From Candidatus Latescibacterota bacterium (GTDB taxonomy: Bacteria > Latescibacterota > UBA2968 > UBA8231), in assembly GCA_963422735.1 (NCBI GenBank), contig OY730476.1, positions 2,336,001 to 2,400,000 of the forward strand: DNA of 64,000 bases, written 5' to 3'. The notes beneath the pieces were generated by a model. That model saw only the letters and a list, made by a program, of their open reading frames with translations, searched no databases and was not told the DNA's origin. Shown piece by piece: positions 19,667 to 29,361 of this stretch (positions are counted from its first letter, which is position 1; the number at the start of each line of letters is the position of its first letter). The position numbers and the translations under genes are program-made.

Positions 19667-20688
19667 ACGCCGCCAAAGCAAACGCCCTCACCGCAGCCTG
19701 CGCCAAGCTACCCCGCGTCCAGCTAGCCTCAATCCGCCCCACCCCGCTAGAGCCGCTGCCGCGCCTAACCGCCCACCTCGACAGCCCTGCACTCTACATC
19801 AAGCGCGACGACCTGACCGGTTTGGCCTTTGGCGGCAACAAGACGCGGATGTTCGAGTTTGCCTTGGCCGACGCCTTGGCCAAAGGCGCCGACACCATCG
19901 TCTCGGGCGCGGCCGTGCAGTCCAACTACTGTCGCCAACTCGCCGCGGCCTGCGCCAAGCTGGACTTGGAACTCCACCTGATTCTCCGGCCGGTGCGCGC
20001 AATTGACCAAACCCAATCGCAAGGCAACAACCTGCTACAGCACCTGCTTGGCGCACAGATCACCGTCCTAGCGGAAGGCGATCCGCGCGGCCAACAAGGC
20101 GCTCTCCAAGCCAAGGTCGAGGAGCTTTCCGCACAGGGGAAAAACGCGTACTGGCCGCGCCGAGAAGATACTATCGACCTCGACGCCATCGCCTATGCCG
20201 AAGTGGGTGTGGAGATTGCCCACCAATGCCAAGAGCAAGGCATCAATCCGTCCTACCTTTATCTCAGTGCCCTCGACACCACCCAGGCTGGCGTGGCATT
20301 GGGCCTAGCCTATATCGAGTCGCCAATTCAAGTGCGCGGCTTCTGCCCAATCGCCAAAGTCGAGAACCGCCACGCGGACATGGCCACTATCGCCAACCAA
20401 GCCGCCCGCCGCCTCGGCCTCGACTTTGCCATGAGCATTGCCGACTTTGACAACGACGATTCCTTCGTCGGCGAGGGGTACGGCATCCCCACTCCCGCCG
20501 GCTTGGATGCCCTGCACACCTTGGCGCGCAAAGAGGGCATTCTCCTCGATCCTGTGTACACCAGCAAGGCCCTCGCCGGCCTTTTTGCCCACGCACGCGA
20601 CGGCAGGCTTGACGGCGAGGCGATCTTCCTGCACACCGGCGGCAACCCCGCCCTGTTCGCCTATGCTCAAGAAGTGCTCGCCGACTGA
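19663..20688 (+). CDS. D-cysteine desulfhydrase / ACC deaminase / cysteate sulfo-lyase family PLP enzyme
   Basis: IKRDDLTGLAFGGNKTR, QSNYCR, EGILLDPVYTSKA, FLHTGG. Confidence 0.88.
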   Translation: MNAAKANALTAACAKLPRVQLASIRPTPLEPLPRLTAHLDSPALYIKRDDLTGLAFGGNKTRMFEFALADALAKGADTIVSGAAVQSNYCRQLAAACAKLDLELHLILRPVRAIDQTQSQGNNLLQHLLGAQITVLAEGDPRGQQGALQAKVEELSAQGKNAYWPRREDTIDLDAIAYAEVGVEIAHQCQEQGINPSYLYLSALDTTQAGVALGLAYIESPIQVRGFCPIAKVENRHADMATIANQAARRLGLDFAMSIADFDNDDSFVGEGYGIPTPAGLDALHTLARKEGILLDPVYTSKALAGLFAHARDGRLDGEAIFLHTGGNPALFAYAQEVLAD

Positions 20689-21408
20689 ATGGATCCCTTT
20701 TTCCTGATCGGCGTCTCCTTCCTGACCTCGACCTTTACCGCCATCATCGGCGTGGGCGGCGGTATTGCGCTGATCTCGGTTATGCCGGGCTTTCTGCCCG
20801 CCGCTGCCATCATTCCCGTCCACGGTGCTGTGCAGCTAGCCTCCAACGCCAGCCGCGTATTCTTTGGCCTGCGCCACATCGAATGGCGCATCTTTTGGCC
20901 CTTCTCGGGCGGTGCAGTCCTCGGAACCGTCGTGGGAGCGCAGATCGTCGGTGTCTTTAGCTTTGACAACCTCCCCCTGTACCTAGGTGTCTTCATCCTC
21001 CTCGTCACTTGGGTTCCCGTGCCCAAACGCGCTTTTCGCCTCCCCGGCCACTTTGCCATCTTCGGTGCCCTTCAGACCTTCCTCGCCCTCTTCGTCGGCG
21101 TCGCTGGGCCCCTGACCGGTGCCTTCTTAGCCAGCGCGGGTTTGCCCAAGGACCGCTTGGTCATCACCCACGGTACGGTCATGGCCGTCACCCATTTGTG
21201 CAAAATTTTGGCCTTCGGCTTTGTCGGCTTCGCCTTCGCGCCCTACTTGCCGCTCATCGCCGGGATGCTTGGCACGGCGACGCTTGGCTCGTGGTGCGGG
21301 ACGCGCTTGCGCGACCAGGTTTCCGAAAGCCTCTTCCGCAAGATCTTCCGCATAGTGATCACGCTCCTTTCGCTGCGCATGATCGCAGAGGCGCTCTGTT
21401 CAGTGTAA
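20689..21408 (+). CDS. TauE/SafE family sulfite exporter
   Basis: Multi-TM protein with IIGVGGGIAL, PVHGAVQL and GVAGPL. Confidence 0.8.
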   Translation: MDPFFLIGVSFLTSTFTAIIGVGGGIALISVMPGFLPAAAIIPVHGAVQLASNASRVFFGLRHIEWRIFWPFSGGAVLGTVVGAQIVGVFSFDNLPLYLGVFILLVTWVPVPKRAFRLPGHFAIFGALQTFLALFVGVAGPLTGAFLASAGLPKDRLVITHGTVMAVTHLCKILAFGFVGFAFAPYLPLIAGMLGTATLGSWCGTRLRDQVSESLFRKIFRIVITLLSLRMIAEALCSV

Positions 21409-21513
21409 TCTCCGCTTCTTATTGGACACTTGCGCCTTGCCAGTTAGCAGCGGTCGTTTGCAGAAGCAAACTTTGCGGGCTTATCTTAAATATCCTTTGT
21501 AAAGGAGGCCCCT

Positions 21514-22254
21514 ATGAACGAACTCGAACAAGCCATCCAAGAAATCGAACTCTACGGCTTCACCCTGCTCGAAAGCGTCCTCGACACCGATACCGCCACC
21601 GCTATGCGCCAAGCCCTAATCCGCTGCGAACAAGAGCACGGCACTGAACACACTCACCGCGGCCCGGCCCGCCATGTGGCCAACCTCCCGGTCATGGATC
21701 GCATCTTCCACCAGTGTATTGACCACCCTCGCGTCTTGCCCATCCTCGAACACTTTCTCGAGCCCTCGCTGATTTTGGGTAGCCTCAACTCGCGCATTGT
21801 ACGCCCCGGCGACGGCTACCAAGACCTGCACAGCGACATCCCGGCCTACATGCTCAATATGAACACGCCGGTGATGATGAATACCGTGTGGATGCTCGAC
21901 GACTTCAGCCCCGCGATCGGCGGCACTCGCGTGGTGCCTGGCTCGCACAAGCGCGGCCTCGCCGCTCCCCCGGAGGGATTTGCGGTACAGCACGAGGTGC
22001 AGCCCACAGCCCCGGCCGGCTCGGTGATTGTCTTCAACGGCCAGTGCTGGCACGGCGGCGGTGCCAACACCAGTGACCGCAACCGCCACGCCCTCTTCGG
22101 ACACTATAGAAAGCACATGTTGGTCTTCCAGCTCGACCCGCACGACGGCTTCCCGCCGGAATGGTACGATGGCTTGAGCCAGCGTCAGCGCCAGCTAATG
22201 CGGATGCAGCACGGCCCCGGTGTCCCCCACGCGGCCGACGTTCATTTCCGCTAG
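21514..22254 (+). CDS. Phytanoyl-CoA dioxygenase (PhyH) family Fe/2OG oxygenase
   Basis: LHSD, VWMLDDF, GGTRVVPGSH, AGSVIVF..QCWHGGG...R. Confidence 0.88.
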   Translation: MNELEQAIQEIELYGFTLLESVLDTDTATAMRQALIRCEQEHGTEHTHRGPARHVANLPVMDRIFHQCIDHPRVLPILEHFLEPSLILGSLNSRIVRPGDGYQDLHSDIPAYMLNMNTPVMMNTVWMLDDFSPAIGGTRVVPGSHKRGLAAPPEGFAVQHEVQPTAPAGSVIVFNGQCWHGGGANTSDRNRHALFGHYRKHMLVFQLDPHDGFPPEWYDGLSQRQRQLMRMQHGPGVPHAADVHFR

Positions 22255-22264
22255 GAGACAGGAC

Positions 22265-24316
22265 ATGCTGAGCACCCGCAGCTTCGCGCTCACCGTTGGT
22301 ATCGGGCTTCTGGCACCGGCCGCCCTAAAAGCCGAGGTGACGACCTGGCAACTCGGCGGCAGCCAGCCTTGGGCCGGCCAAGACACGGTCAGCATTATGA
22401 TCGACTTTGAGCGCGTCTCGGGTGCCATCCAGCCGGTGCGCGTCGAGCCGGGCGCCAACATCATCTCCCTGCTCGACAACTGGACGGCCTTCCGCCAGCC
22501 CAAAGAACTGGGCTATATCGACGGCGAGCGACCCCGCATCTGGAAGTGGAACGAGGGCAACGGCGATCCAACCGAAAACGGCGTCGCGCTCATCGATGCC
22601 GACAGCACCACGTACAACTCCTCCAAAGCCGAGGGCGTCGACAAGCAGTTTTTCACCATCGACTTGGCCGTGCCTATGCCGGCGCACATCTTCGGCTTCC
22701 ACACTCCTTCGGGCGGCTTCCGCTCCGACGGTACGCCGCTGCGCACAGACTCGACGCCGGCCTTCCAAGTTTCGATCCAAGAGGAAAACAGCGAGATTTT
22801 CGCCATCAAAGGGCCGCAGCCCCTCGCCAGGATCGTCGCCGAGCCGACGCAAAATTTTGCGCCTGACGTGCGCATTGGTTTCGACCAGCAATACGTGCGC
22901 TTCTTCCGCTGGGCGCGCAAATTCTCCATCATTGACGAGACGGCCTTGACCCGCGTTAGCGGCACGGCCGGTGGCCAAGGCAATCAAGCCCGCTCGCTCT
23001 TGGGCACCATTAGCGAATTTGAGGTCTATGGCGCGGGCTTTCCCAAGCGAGCCACGTACCGCTCCAAAATCATCGACCTCGGAGCTGAGCAAAACTTTGG
23101 TCGGCTATTCTTTACCGCCACGCCGATGCGCTTTGTCGATGGCGAGGCCGTCGAAACACCCGATGCACGGGCTTTCGTCGAGGTCGAGGTTCGCACGGGA
23201 CGAGACGACGACCCGAACATTTATCGCGAATACACGGTCACCGGCAAAGAGAAGGTCGTCTCCCGTGCCCGCTACGAGAATGATCTCCGCACTGGGTTCG
23301 CACGCACGTGCGCTTCCTGTGATTTCGTCCAGCGCAGTCCCCGGCCTGGAATGCGAGCCGGAGTTACCTACGACAGCGATAACTGGACCTTCTGGTCGAC
23401 GCCCACGGCCCAGTCGGGCCTGCCGCTCAACCTCGACAGTGGCTCCTTCATCCAAGTGTTCATCACTTTTCACAGCACCCGCTTTGAGGATTTTGTGCGC
23501 TTGGACTCACTGTGGGTTGAGCGGGCACCGCTGTTGGCAGCGCGCGTCCTCGGCGAAGTGGCCCCGCTCGCCAACCCGCGGCCCGCGCACGGATTCGGCG
23601 AGGTGTCCCTGGGCGAAATGGTCGAGTTTGCGTACGACCTGTCGGCCTCCTTCTCAGGGGGGAATCAGCGCGGCTTCGACCAAGTGCATATCCACACGGG
23701 TGCCCAGCCCGAGTTCAAAGAGTTGCTCGTCGGCGGCCAAGCGACCGATCCAGCCGCCGTCTGCGAAGAGGACGACGGGCTAACGTTGATTCTGCCTGAG
23801 CGCGTCACTCGCGCCAACAACGCGCCGTTGCGCATCGTCTTTGCAGCGGAAGTCTTTGAGCTAGCCACCACGTTCTTGGGCACAATCACCGATTCAGAGG
23901 CCGCGACCCTGCCCCAACCCATCGTCTCTGGCGACGCCAGCGAATTGCTCTCTACCAATAGCCTGCGCGTCCTCAGCTCTTCGGATCAGCAACCTGCTCT
24001 GTTGCAAAACTTGCGCTTTTCAACACCGGTGTTGACGCCCAATGGCGACGGCGTTCACGACGAGCTCCGCACGGCCTATGCCCTCTATGGCCTGCCGGAA
24101 GAAGTGCCCGTCGAATTGGCGGTCTATGCGCTCGACGGACGCCGCGTGGCGACCCTGTCTCAAGGCTGGCAAACGGCCGGCCCGCAAACGGCGCTTTGGG
24201 ACGGACGCGATGCAGAGGGCCGCGTCCTGCCTCCGGGCGTGTACCTAGTCTCCGTAGCCCTACAATCCGAGCGCGGCACTGCCGCCGTACTCCGCCCCTT
24301 GGGCATAGCTTACTAA
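22265..24316 (+). CDS. Secreted CTD-tailed protein, pair member A (copy 2)
   Basis: AGGAG RBS, signal peptide, TPNGDGVHD...WDGRDAEG..LPPGVY tail. Shares ELGYIDG, RSDG.PL and QQYVRF blocks with 7184-9181. Confidence 0.75.
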   Translation: MLSTRSFALTVGIGLLAPAALKAEVTTWQLGGSQPWAGQDTVSIMIDFERVSGAIQPVRVEPGANIISLLDNWTAFRQPKELGYIDGERPRIWKWNEGNGDPTENGVALIDADSTTYNSSKAEGVDKQFFTIDLAVPMPAHIFGFHTPSGGFRSDGTPLRTDSTPAFQVSIQEENSEIFAIKGPQPLARIVAEPTQNFAPDVRIGFDQQYVRFFRWARKFSIIDETALTRVSGTAGGQGNQARSLLGTISEFEVYGAGFPKRATYRSKIIDLGAEQNFGRLFFTATPMRFVDGEAVETPDARAFVEVEVRTGRDDDPNIYREYTVTGKEKVVSRARYENDLRTGFARTCASCDFVQRSPRPGMRAGVTYDSDNWTFWSTPTAQSGLPLNLDSGSFIQVFITFHSTRFEDFVRLDSLWVERAPLLAARVLGEVAPLANPRPAHGFGEVSLGEMVEFAYDLSASFSGGNQRGFDQVHIHTGAQPEFKELLVGGQATDPAAVCEEDDGLTLILPERVTRANNAPLRIVFAAEVFELATTFLGTITDSEAATLPQPIVSGDASELLSTNSLRVLSSSDQQPALLQNLRFSTPVLTPNGDGVHDELRTAYALYGLPEEVPVELAVYALDGRRVATLSQGWQTAGPQTALWDGRDAEGRVLPPGVYLVSVALQSERGTAAVLRPLGIAY

Positions 24317-24328
24317 GGGAAGGGAACG

Positions 24329-26674
24329 ATGCGAGTTCTTTTACCGCTCGTCTTCGTCGCGTTTGTCGCCATTACTGCCAGCAGCGAAACCTTGACCTTC
24401 CAAGGCCGAGATGCTTGGGCGACTTGGCAGGTACCCTTCGGCCTGATCGAGGTGGGCGAGAATGGCCAACTACAACTCGTCAAGTTCCGCAAGAACATCA
24501 ACGCGGTCGCTGATGCCCATCGCTTCTCCTACGAAAGCAAGAGCCGCGGTCGAGTTACGGGTGGCATCTGGGAGGCGACCTCCAATCCTGCCGATGCAGA
24601 CTACATCATCGACGGGGATCTCCAGACCTTCTGGCGTCCAGACCCGGCGGACGCCGTTGAGGACTGGGCCATTGAAATAGACTTGGGCCGCGCCGTGCTG
24701 GCCCGGGAGATACGCCTCGTTTTTCCCGACGAGGAGGGGGCGCGTCCCTTTCGTCAATTTACCGTGTACGGCAGCACGGGAACCCGCATCTCGGTCCAAG
24801 ACGACATGGTGCTGCTGGACCCGCTCTTCCGCACAACCCAGCCCAATGCAGCCAGCGAAATCGCTATCCCCTTAGGGTTCACTGCCCGCGACAGTGTATT
24901 TCAGCTCGACGAGGGCTTGGACGTCGATCCGGTGGCCAAAAACAACTATCGAGTGATCCAGCGCATTCGCATTGAGGCCGAAGAGAAGACCCCGGGCGCG
25001 GCCTTGGCCGAAATCGAGGTCCGCGGCATCGGCGACAACATCAGCATTGGCACCATGCAGCGGGGTCGCTTTGTCAACGGGGTCAATTCGGTCGATCCGC
25101 AAAATCTCTTCGACGCCGACATGAACACCAACAACCTAATCGGCTCTTCGTATGGCAGCCTCGGCTGGAAGGAGGGCGGGGTGTGGTTTGGCGTGGATTT
25201 GGGGGCGGTGTTCTTCGTCGATGAGCTCTTTCTCTATTCGTTTAGGCCAGACGAGGGCTTGGTGGGCTTCTCGATCAATGGCACCGGCCCGGGCCATACA
25301 GTGCTCTATTCGGACGGCACCCGCAGCTTCAGCTCTAACTTGCCCGTGCCCGATGCGTTTGACTACACAGAGCTTCTGACCCACATCAACCCCAACGCCG
25401 ACCGCCTGCTCTACATCCGCTATATGTTCAAGCCGCGCAAGATGCGCTACTTCTTCTGGCACGGCATCAGGGACACGGGCTGGGGCATCGTCAAATGGGC
25501 CGAGTTCATGCTCTTCTCCCCAGGCTATCCCGCAGAGGTTGTCTTGCAGTCAGATTTTGTGGACTTGGGCCAGCTCGTGGGCGATGGCCGTCCAAAAGTC
25601 ATCAAAAACCTCTCTTGGGACGCCGAGTTGGCCGCGGGCACCCGCCTGCAGTTGCGCTCGCGCTCGGGCAATTCGCTAGAGCCGGTCTATACCTTTTACA
25701 ACAAGATCGGCGAACAGGTCACCGAGGAGAAGTGGAAGAGTTCGCCCAAGGTGCTGCGCGGCCCGGTCGATACGACACTCGTGGTAGGCGAAGATTGGGG
25801 AGAATGGAGCAATGTCTATCAGTCCTCGAGCGAGGCATTCCAGTCGGAAAGTCCACGTCGCTTTATCCTACTGGAGATGATCCTCTCCACTGATGACCCA
25901 AGCGTGGCGCCGGTGGTCCATTCGCTCTCGGTCGAGTTTGAGGACGCGCTGTTGCAGGGCGCGGTGGGCCGCATTGACCCGCGCCAAGCCATCCCCAACG
26001 AGGACACCCGTTTCACCTATACGCTTTGGCCGCAGATGGAGGCCGAGGACTCGGGTTTCGACTTGTTGCGCTTTATCGTGCCGGGTCGGATTGACGCTGA
26101 GGGACTCGAGCTACACATCGGCTCTGCGCCGGTCGAGCCCGTCCGCGTCGAGCAGCGGGGCGATTCGCTGTTGGTCGCCCTGCCGCACATCGCGACCGAA
26201 GACTCGATTCGGGTGGGTTTCACTACGCGGGTTTTGCACAACGCCGCGGTTTTTTCCCTCGATCTCGGGCTGAGCGAGCGGCCCGGCCTCTGGCAGTCGG
26301 TCGAGCCCGCCGAGCGCCGCGCCCAAGTCGTCATGCTTCCCAAACTAGCCGAGCACGGCCAACTCATCGACGCACTGGGACTGGCCTCGCCCGCGATCAC
26401 GCCCAACGGCGACGGGATCAATGACGCGCTCGACATGCGCTTTGTGGTCTTTAAGTTAGACGCGACAACCCCCATGCTCTCGCTCTACGACCTAGCGGGC
26501 CGCCAAGTCGCCGAGGTCGAGGCCACGCCGACCGCAACAGGCCACCGCTTCACTTGGACGGCTCGCGACGAGTCGGGGGCCTTAGTCGCGCCAGGCATGT
26601 ATCTCTACCGCCTCGATTTGGGGGCCGAGTCCGGGCCGGGGACGCACACAGGACTCATTTCCGTCGTCTATTAG
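24329..26674 (+). CDS. Secreted CTD-tailed protein, pair member B (copy 2)
   Basis: Shares TEEKW.SSPKVLRG.VDT.LVVGEDWGEWSNVYQ with 9193-11544. TPNGDGIND tail. Confidence 0.75.
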   Translation: MRVLLPLVFVAFVAITASSETLTFQGRDAWATWQVPFGLIEVGENGQLQLVKFRKNINAVADAHRFSYESKSRGRVTGGIWEATSNPADADYIIDGDLQTFWRPDPADAVEDWAIEIDLGRAVLAREIRLVFPDEEGARPFRQFTVYGSTGTRISVQDDMVLLDPLFRTTQPNAASEIAIPLGFTARDSVFQLDEGLDVDPVAKNNYRVIQRIRIEAEEKTPGAALAEIEVRGIGDNISIGTMQRGRFVNGVNSVDPQNLFDADMNTNNLIGSSYGSLGWKEGGVWFGVDLGAVFFVDELFLYSFRPDEGLVGFSINGTGPGHTVLYSDGTRSFSSNLPVPDAFDYTELLTHINPNADRLLYIRYMFKPRKMRYFFWHGIRDTGWGIVKWAEFMLFSPGYPAEVVLQSDFVDLGQLVGDGRPKVIKNLSWDAELAAGTRLQLRSRSGNSLEPVYTFYNKIGEQVTEEKWKSSPKVLRGPVDTTLVVGEDWGEWSNVYQSSSEAFQSESPRRFILLEMILSTDDPSVAPVVHSLSVEFEDALLQGAVGRIDPRQAIPNEDTRFTYTLWPQMEAEDSGFDLLRFIVPGRIDAEGLELHIGSAPVEPVRVEQRGDSLLVALPHIATEDSIRVGFTTRVLHNAAVFSLDLGLSERPGLWQSVEPAERRAQVVMLPKLAEHGQLIDALGLASPAITPNGDGINDALDMRFVVFKLDATTPMLSLYDLAGRQVAEVEATPTATGHRFTWTARDESGALVAPGMYLYRLDLGAESGPGTHTGLISVVY

Positions 26675-26703
26675 CCGCGCTGCCTTGTTCCGCGCCAAAA
26701 CCC

Positions 26704-27378
26704 ATGGTTCAAGCGATCCTTTTTGATTTTGACCTTACACTAGCGGACTCAACAAAGGGCGTTATTGAGTGCGTCAATTTCGCGCTGGAGCGCTTGAACC
26801 TGCCCCGGGCCGACAACCAGCTCATTAGGCGAACCATTGGCTTGTCGCTAGCGGATACTTTGCTGAATTTGACTGGACGAACAGACGAGCGAAATGTCCG
26901 GTTGTTCACCAGTGCCTTTGTCGAAAGAGCCGATCGGGTTATGGCAGAGTGCACACTTTTGTTTGACAGCGTCCCAGAGACGACTCAGCGCTTGCTCGCA
27001 ATGGGTTTTGCATTGGGCATTGTATCGACGAAGTTCCGCTATCGAATCGAGGAGATCTTGGCGCGGCAAGGGCTGTCCAATCGCTTTGGCGTCATCATTG
27101 GTGGAGAGGATGTCGCCGAGCACAAACCACATCCCGGCGGCCTGATAACTGCCCTATCCAGAATGCAGGTGGATGCCGGCGACGCACTGTACGTTGGCGA
27201 TAGTGTGGTCGATGCATTGACGGCCGAGCGGGCCAAGGTGCCTTTTATTGCATCGCTATCTGGCACTACTAGCAGAACCCAATTCGACGAGTTCGCCAAC
27301 ATTGCGGTCATTGACGACATCTCTGCCTTGCCGCAACTGCTCGGTGCCTGCGCTGCGGACGGGCCGGTTGGGCAGTAG
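26704..27378 (+). CDS. HAD-superfamily hydrolase (phosphoglycolate phosphatase-like)
   Basis: FDFDLTLADS, KPHP, YVGDSVVD. Confidence 0.85.
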   Translation: MVQAILFDFDLTLADSTKGVIECVNFALERLNLPRADNQLIRRTIGLSLADTLLNLTGRTDERNVRLFTSAFVERADRVMAECTLLFDSVPETTQRLLAMGFALGIVSTKFRYRIEEILARQGLSNRFGVIIGGEDVAEHKPHPGGLITALSRMQVDAGDALYVGDSVVDALTAERAKVPFIASLSGTTSRTQFDEFANIAVIDDISALPQLLGACAADGPVGQ

Positions 27379-27408
27379 CCCGCACACGCGGCTTCGCCCG
27401 CCTAGTCC

Positions 27409-27509
27409 GCCCCGTTTGCACCGCCTCAAGTCGGCGTATAGGCACTCGCCTCGGGGCGCACCCGGAATTTGTCACGCCTAAAGGCGCGGTGAAGCAGACC
27501 GCTTCTAAG
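27409..27509. repeat. Structured intergenic repeat (copy 2)
   Basis: GCCCCGTTTGC..CGCCTCAAGTCGGCGTATAGG..CTCGC..TCGGGGCG..CCCGGAAT is shared with 35755-35816. It is followed by the CACGCC-TAAA-GGCGCG hairpin and CAGACCGCTT.TAAG. Confidence 0.75.
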
Positions 27510-27519
27510 AAGGAGTCCC

Positions 27520-27769
27520 ATGAAGCGAACGTACATCGGCTTAATTCACAAGGAGCCGAACAGCGACTACGGCGTGAGTTTCCCGCGTCGCCGCTGGCGG
27601 CACCTTGGAGGAGGCCCGAGAGGCCCTATCACTTCATATCGAGGGCATGGAAATTTCCATGCCCAGTTCTGCTGACTCCGTGGTCGCACACCCGGACGCT
27701 TGCGATGCCATCGCCCTACTCGTTGTTAAAGCTCTGCCGGAGTACGCCCGGGTCCAGGAGTCTCCCTGA
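27520..27769 (+). pseudogene. hicB: HicB family antitoxin pseudogene
   Basis: MKRTYIGLIHKEPNSDYGVSFP, then a frameshift/deletion (the usual DxPGC segment is missing) into VAAGGTLEEAREALSLHIEGM. AAGGAG RBS. Confidence 0.7.
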
Positions 27770-27867
27770 TGCCTTCTAGGCGGCCGGTGAGATGTTTTAT
27801 GGGATGGAATCTACTCATTCTTCTCTTCCTCCCGTCCATTGCTCTCACAACCCAAAGGAGTTCCACC

Positions 27868-28941
27868 ATGAGCGATTATCTCGTCTATATCGGCACTTAT
27901 TCCAGCGGCGACGAGGACGGCATCCACGTCTATCGCCTCGACATGGCCACCGGTGCGCTCGCGCATCAAAGCAGCATTGGCGGCATCGACAACCCTTCCT
28001 TCCTCGGCATTGCTCCCAATCGCCGCTTTCTCTACGCCATTGGCGAGGTGGGCGCGGTGGGCGACCGTCCCGGCGGCGCGGTTGCGGCCTTTGCCCTTGA
28101 CCAGCAAAGCGGGGCCCTCACCCACATCAACACCGAATCAACCGTTGGCTCCGGCCCTTGCCACATCAGCATTGACCGCGCTGGCGAGTACGCGCTGGTC
28201 GCCAACTACGGTGGCGGCAGCGTCGCAATCCTACCGATCCGCGAAGATGGCTCGCTCGGCGCGGCCACGGATTTCGTCCAACACGAGGGTTCTTCGGTCA
28301 ACCGAGGCCGCCAGGAGAGACCACACGCCCACTCGATTATGGTGTCCCCCAACAACAAACACGCCTTTGCCCCAGACTTGGGCATTGACAAGGTGCTCAT
28401 CTACGCCATCGACCACGACGAGGGGAAGCTCTGCACACAAACGCCCGCGGAAATCGCCCCCGGTAGCGGCCCGCGCCACCTCGCCTTCCACCCCGACGGC
28501 CAACGCGCCTACGTCATCAACGAGCTGAGCAACACCATCACGGCTTTCGACTACGACGCCGACGCCGGCACCCTCGCCACCATTCAGACCATCTCGACGC
28601 TGCCCGAAGGCTATACAGAGGTCAGCCACACCGCCGACATCCACGTCCACCCCAATGGCCGCTTCCTCTACGGGTCCAACCGAGGCCACGACTCGATTGC
28701 CGTCTATGCGATTGACCAAGACAACGGCCAACTCGCACTCGTCGAGATCGTGCCGACTGGCGGTGCCAACCCGCGCAACTTCGGCCTCGACCCCACGGGC
28801 ACCTACCTAATCGTTGGCAACCACAGTACCAACGACATCTTCACCTTCAACATCGACCAAGACACCGGCCGGCTCACGCCTACTGGCTACAAGGTGGAAG
28901 TGCCCTCGCCGGTGTGCCACAAGTTCATTCCGGTTTTTTGA
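27868..28941 (+). CDS. pgl: 6-phosphogluconolactonase / lactonase beta-propeller
   Basis: YIGTYS, NPSFL, ANYGGGSV, HAHS, PGSGPRH, GSNRGHDSI, PRNF. Confidence 0.85.
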   Translation: MSDYLVYIGTYSSGDEDGIHVYRLDMATGALAHQSSIGGIDNPSFLGIAPNRRFLYAIGEVGAVGDRPGGAVAAFALDQQSGALTHINTESTVGSGPCHISIDRAGEYALVANYGGGSVAILPIREDGSLGAATDFVQHEGSSVNRGRQERPHAHSIMVSPNNKHAFAPDLGIDKVLIYAIDHDEGKLCTQTPAEIAPGSGPRHLAFHPDGQRAYVINELSNTITAFDYDADAGTLATIQTISTLPEGYTEVSHTADIHVHPNGRFLYGSNRGHDSIAVYAIDQDNGQLALVEIVPTGGANPRNFGLDPTGTYLIVGNHSTNDIFTFNIDQDTGRLTPTGYKVEVPSPVCHKFIPVF

Positions 28942-28949
28942 GGAATAGA

Positions 28950-29000
28950 CGGCAGGGTGTGCAATGCTGCCATCGGGCCGCGTTCTGTACGCCCTGCCGG
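28950..29000. repeat. Hairpin repeat (second family; partial copy at 13226-13264)
   Basis: CGGCAGGGTGTGCA...TGTACGCCCTGCCG stem. 35 of 39 nt identical to 13226-13264. Confidence 0.6.
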
Positions 29001-29361
29001 TCGCCGCACTTAAAGTAGGAGTAGTGTTGGTTGTGTTCCCTCGCTGCCGATCTCAGTGATGAACAATTGGAAACGGATTCGCCATCTCTTTCCCGAAAAA
29101 CAGCGTTCCCCCAGCTATCCAGGACGTAAACCCGTTCTAGCCCGCTAGATTCCCGAATGAGCATACTGTAGTCGGCGTGTGCAGGGGAACCGTGCGTGGC
29201 CGAACTTGTCGGCAACGAGGCAGCGCGAAGGTGCAGGGGGATAGGCTATTGGAGTTGGGACCCGGCCCCACGCGGAATTTCTAATCGGAGCCGCAGGGGA
29301 AGGCATTTTTCTGCTGCGGCTCTACGAGCAGTCGGGCGAGGAGCGTTATTGGGGCGGCACT

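Noticed and set aside
7184-26674. Diversity-generating retroelement acting on the paralogous pairs
   Set aside because: No reverse transcriptase and no near-identical TR/VR pair differing at adenines; divergence is spread across the genes.
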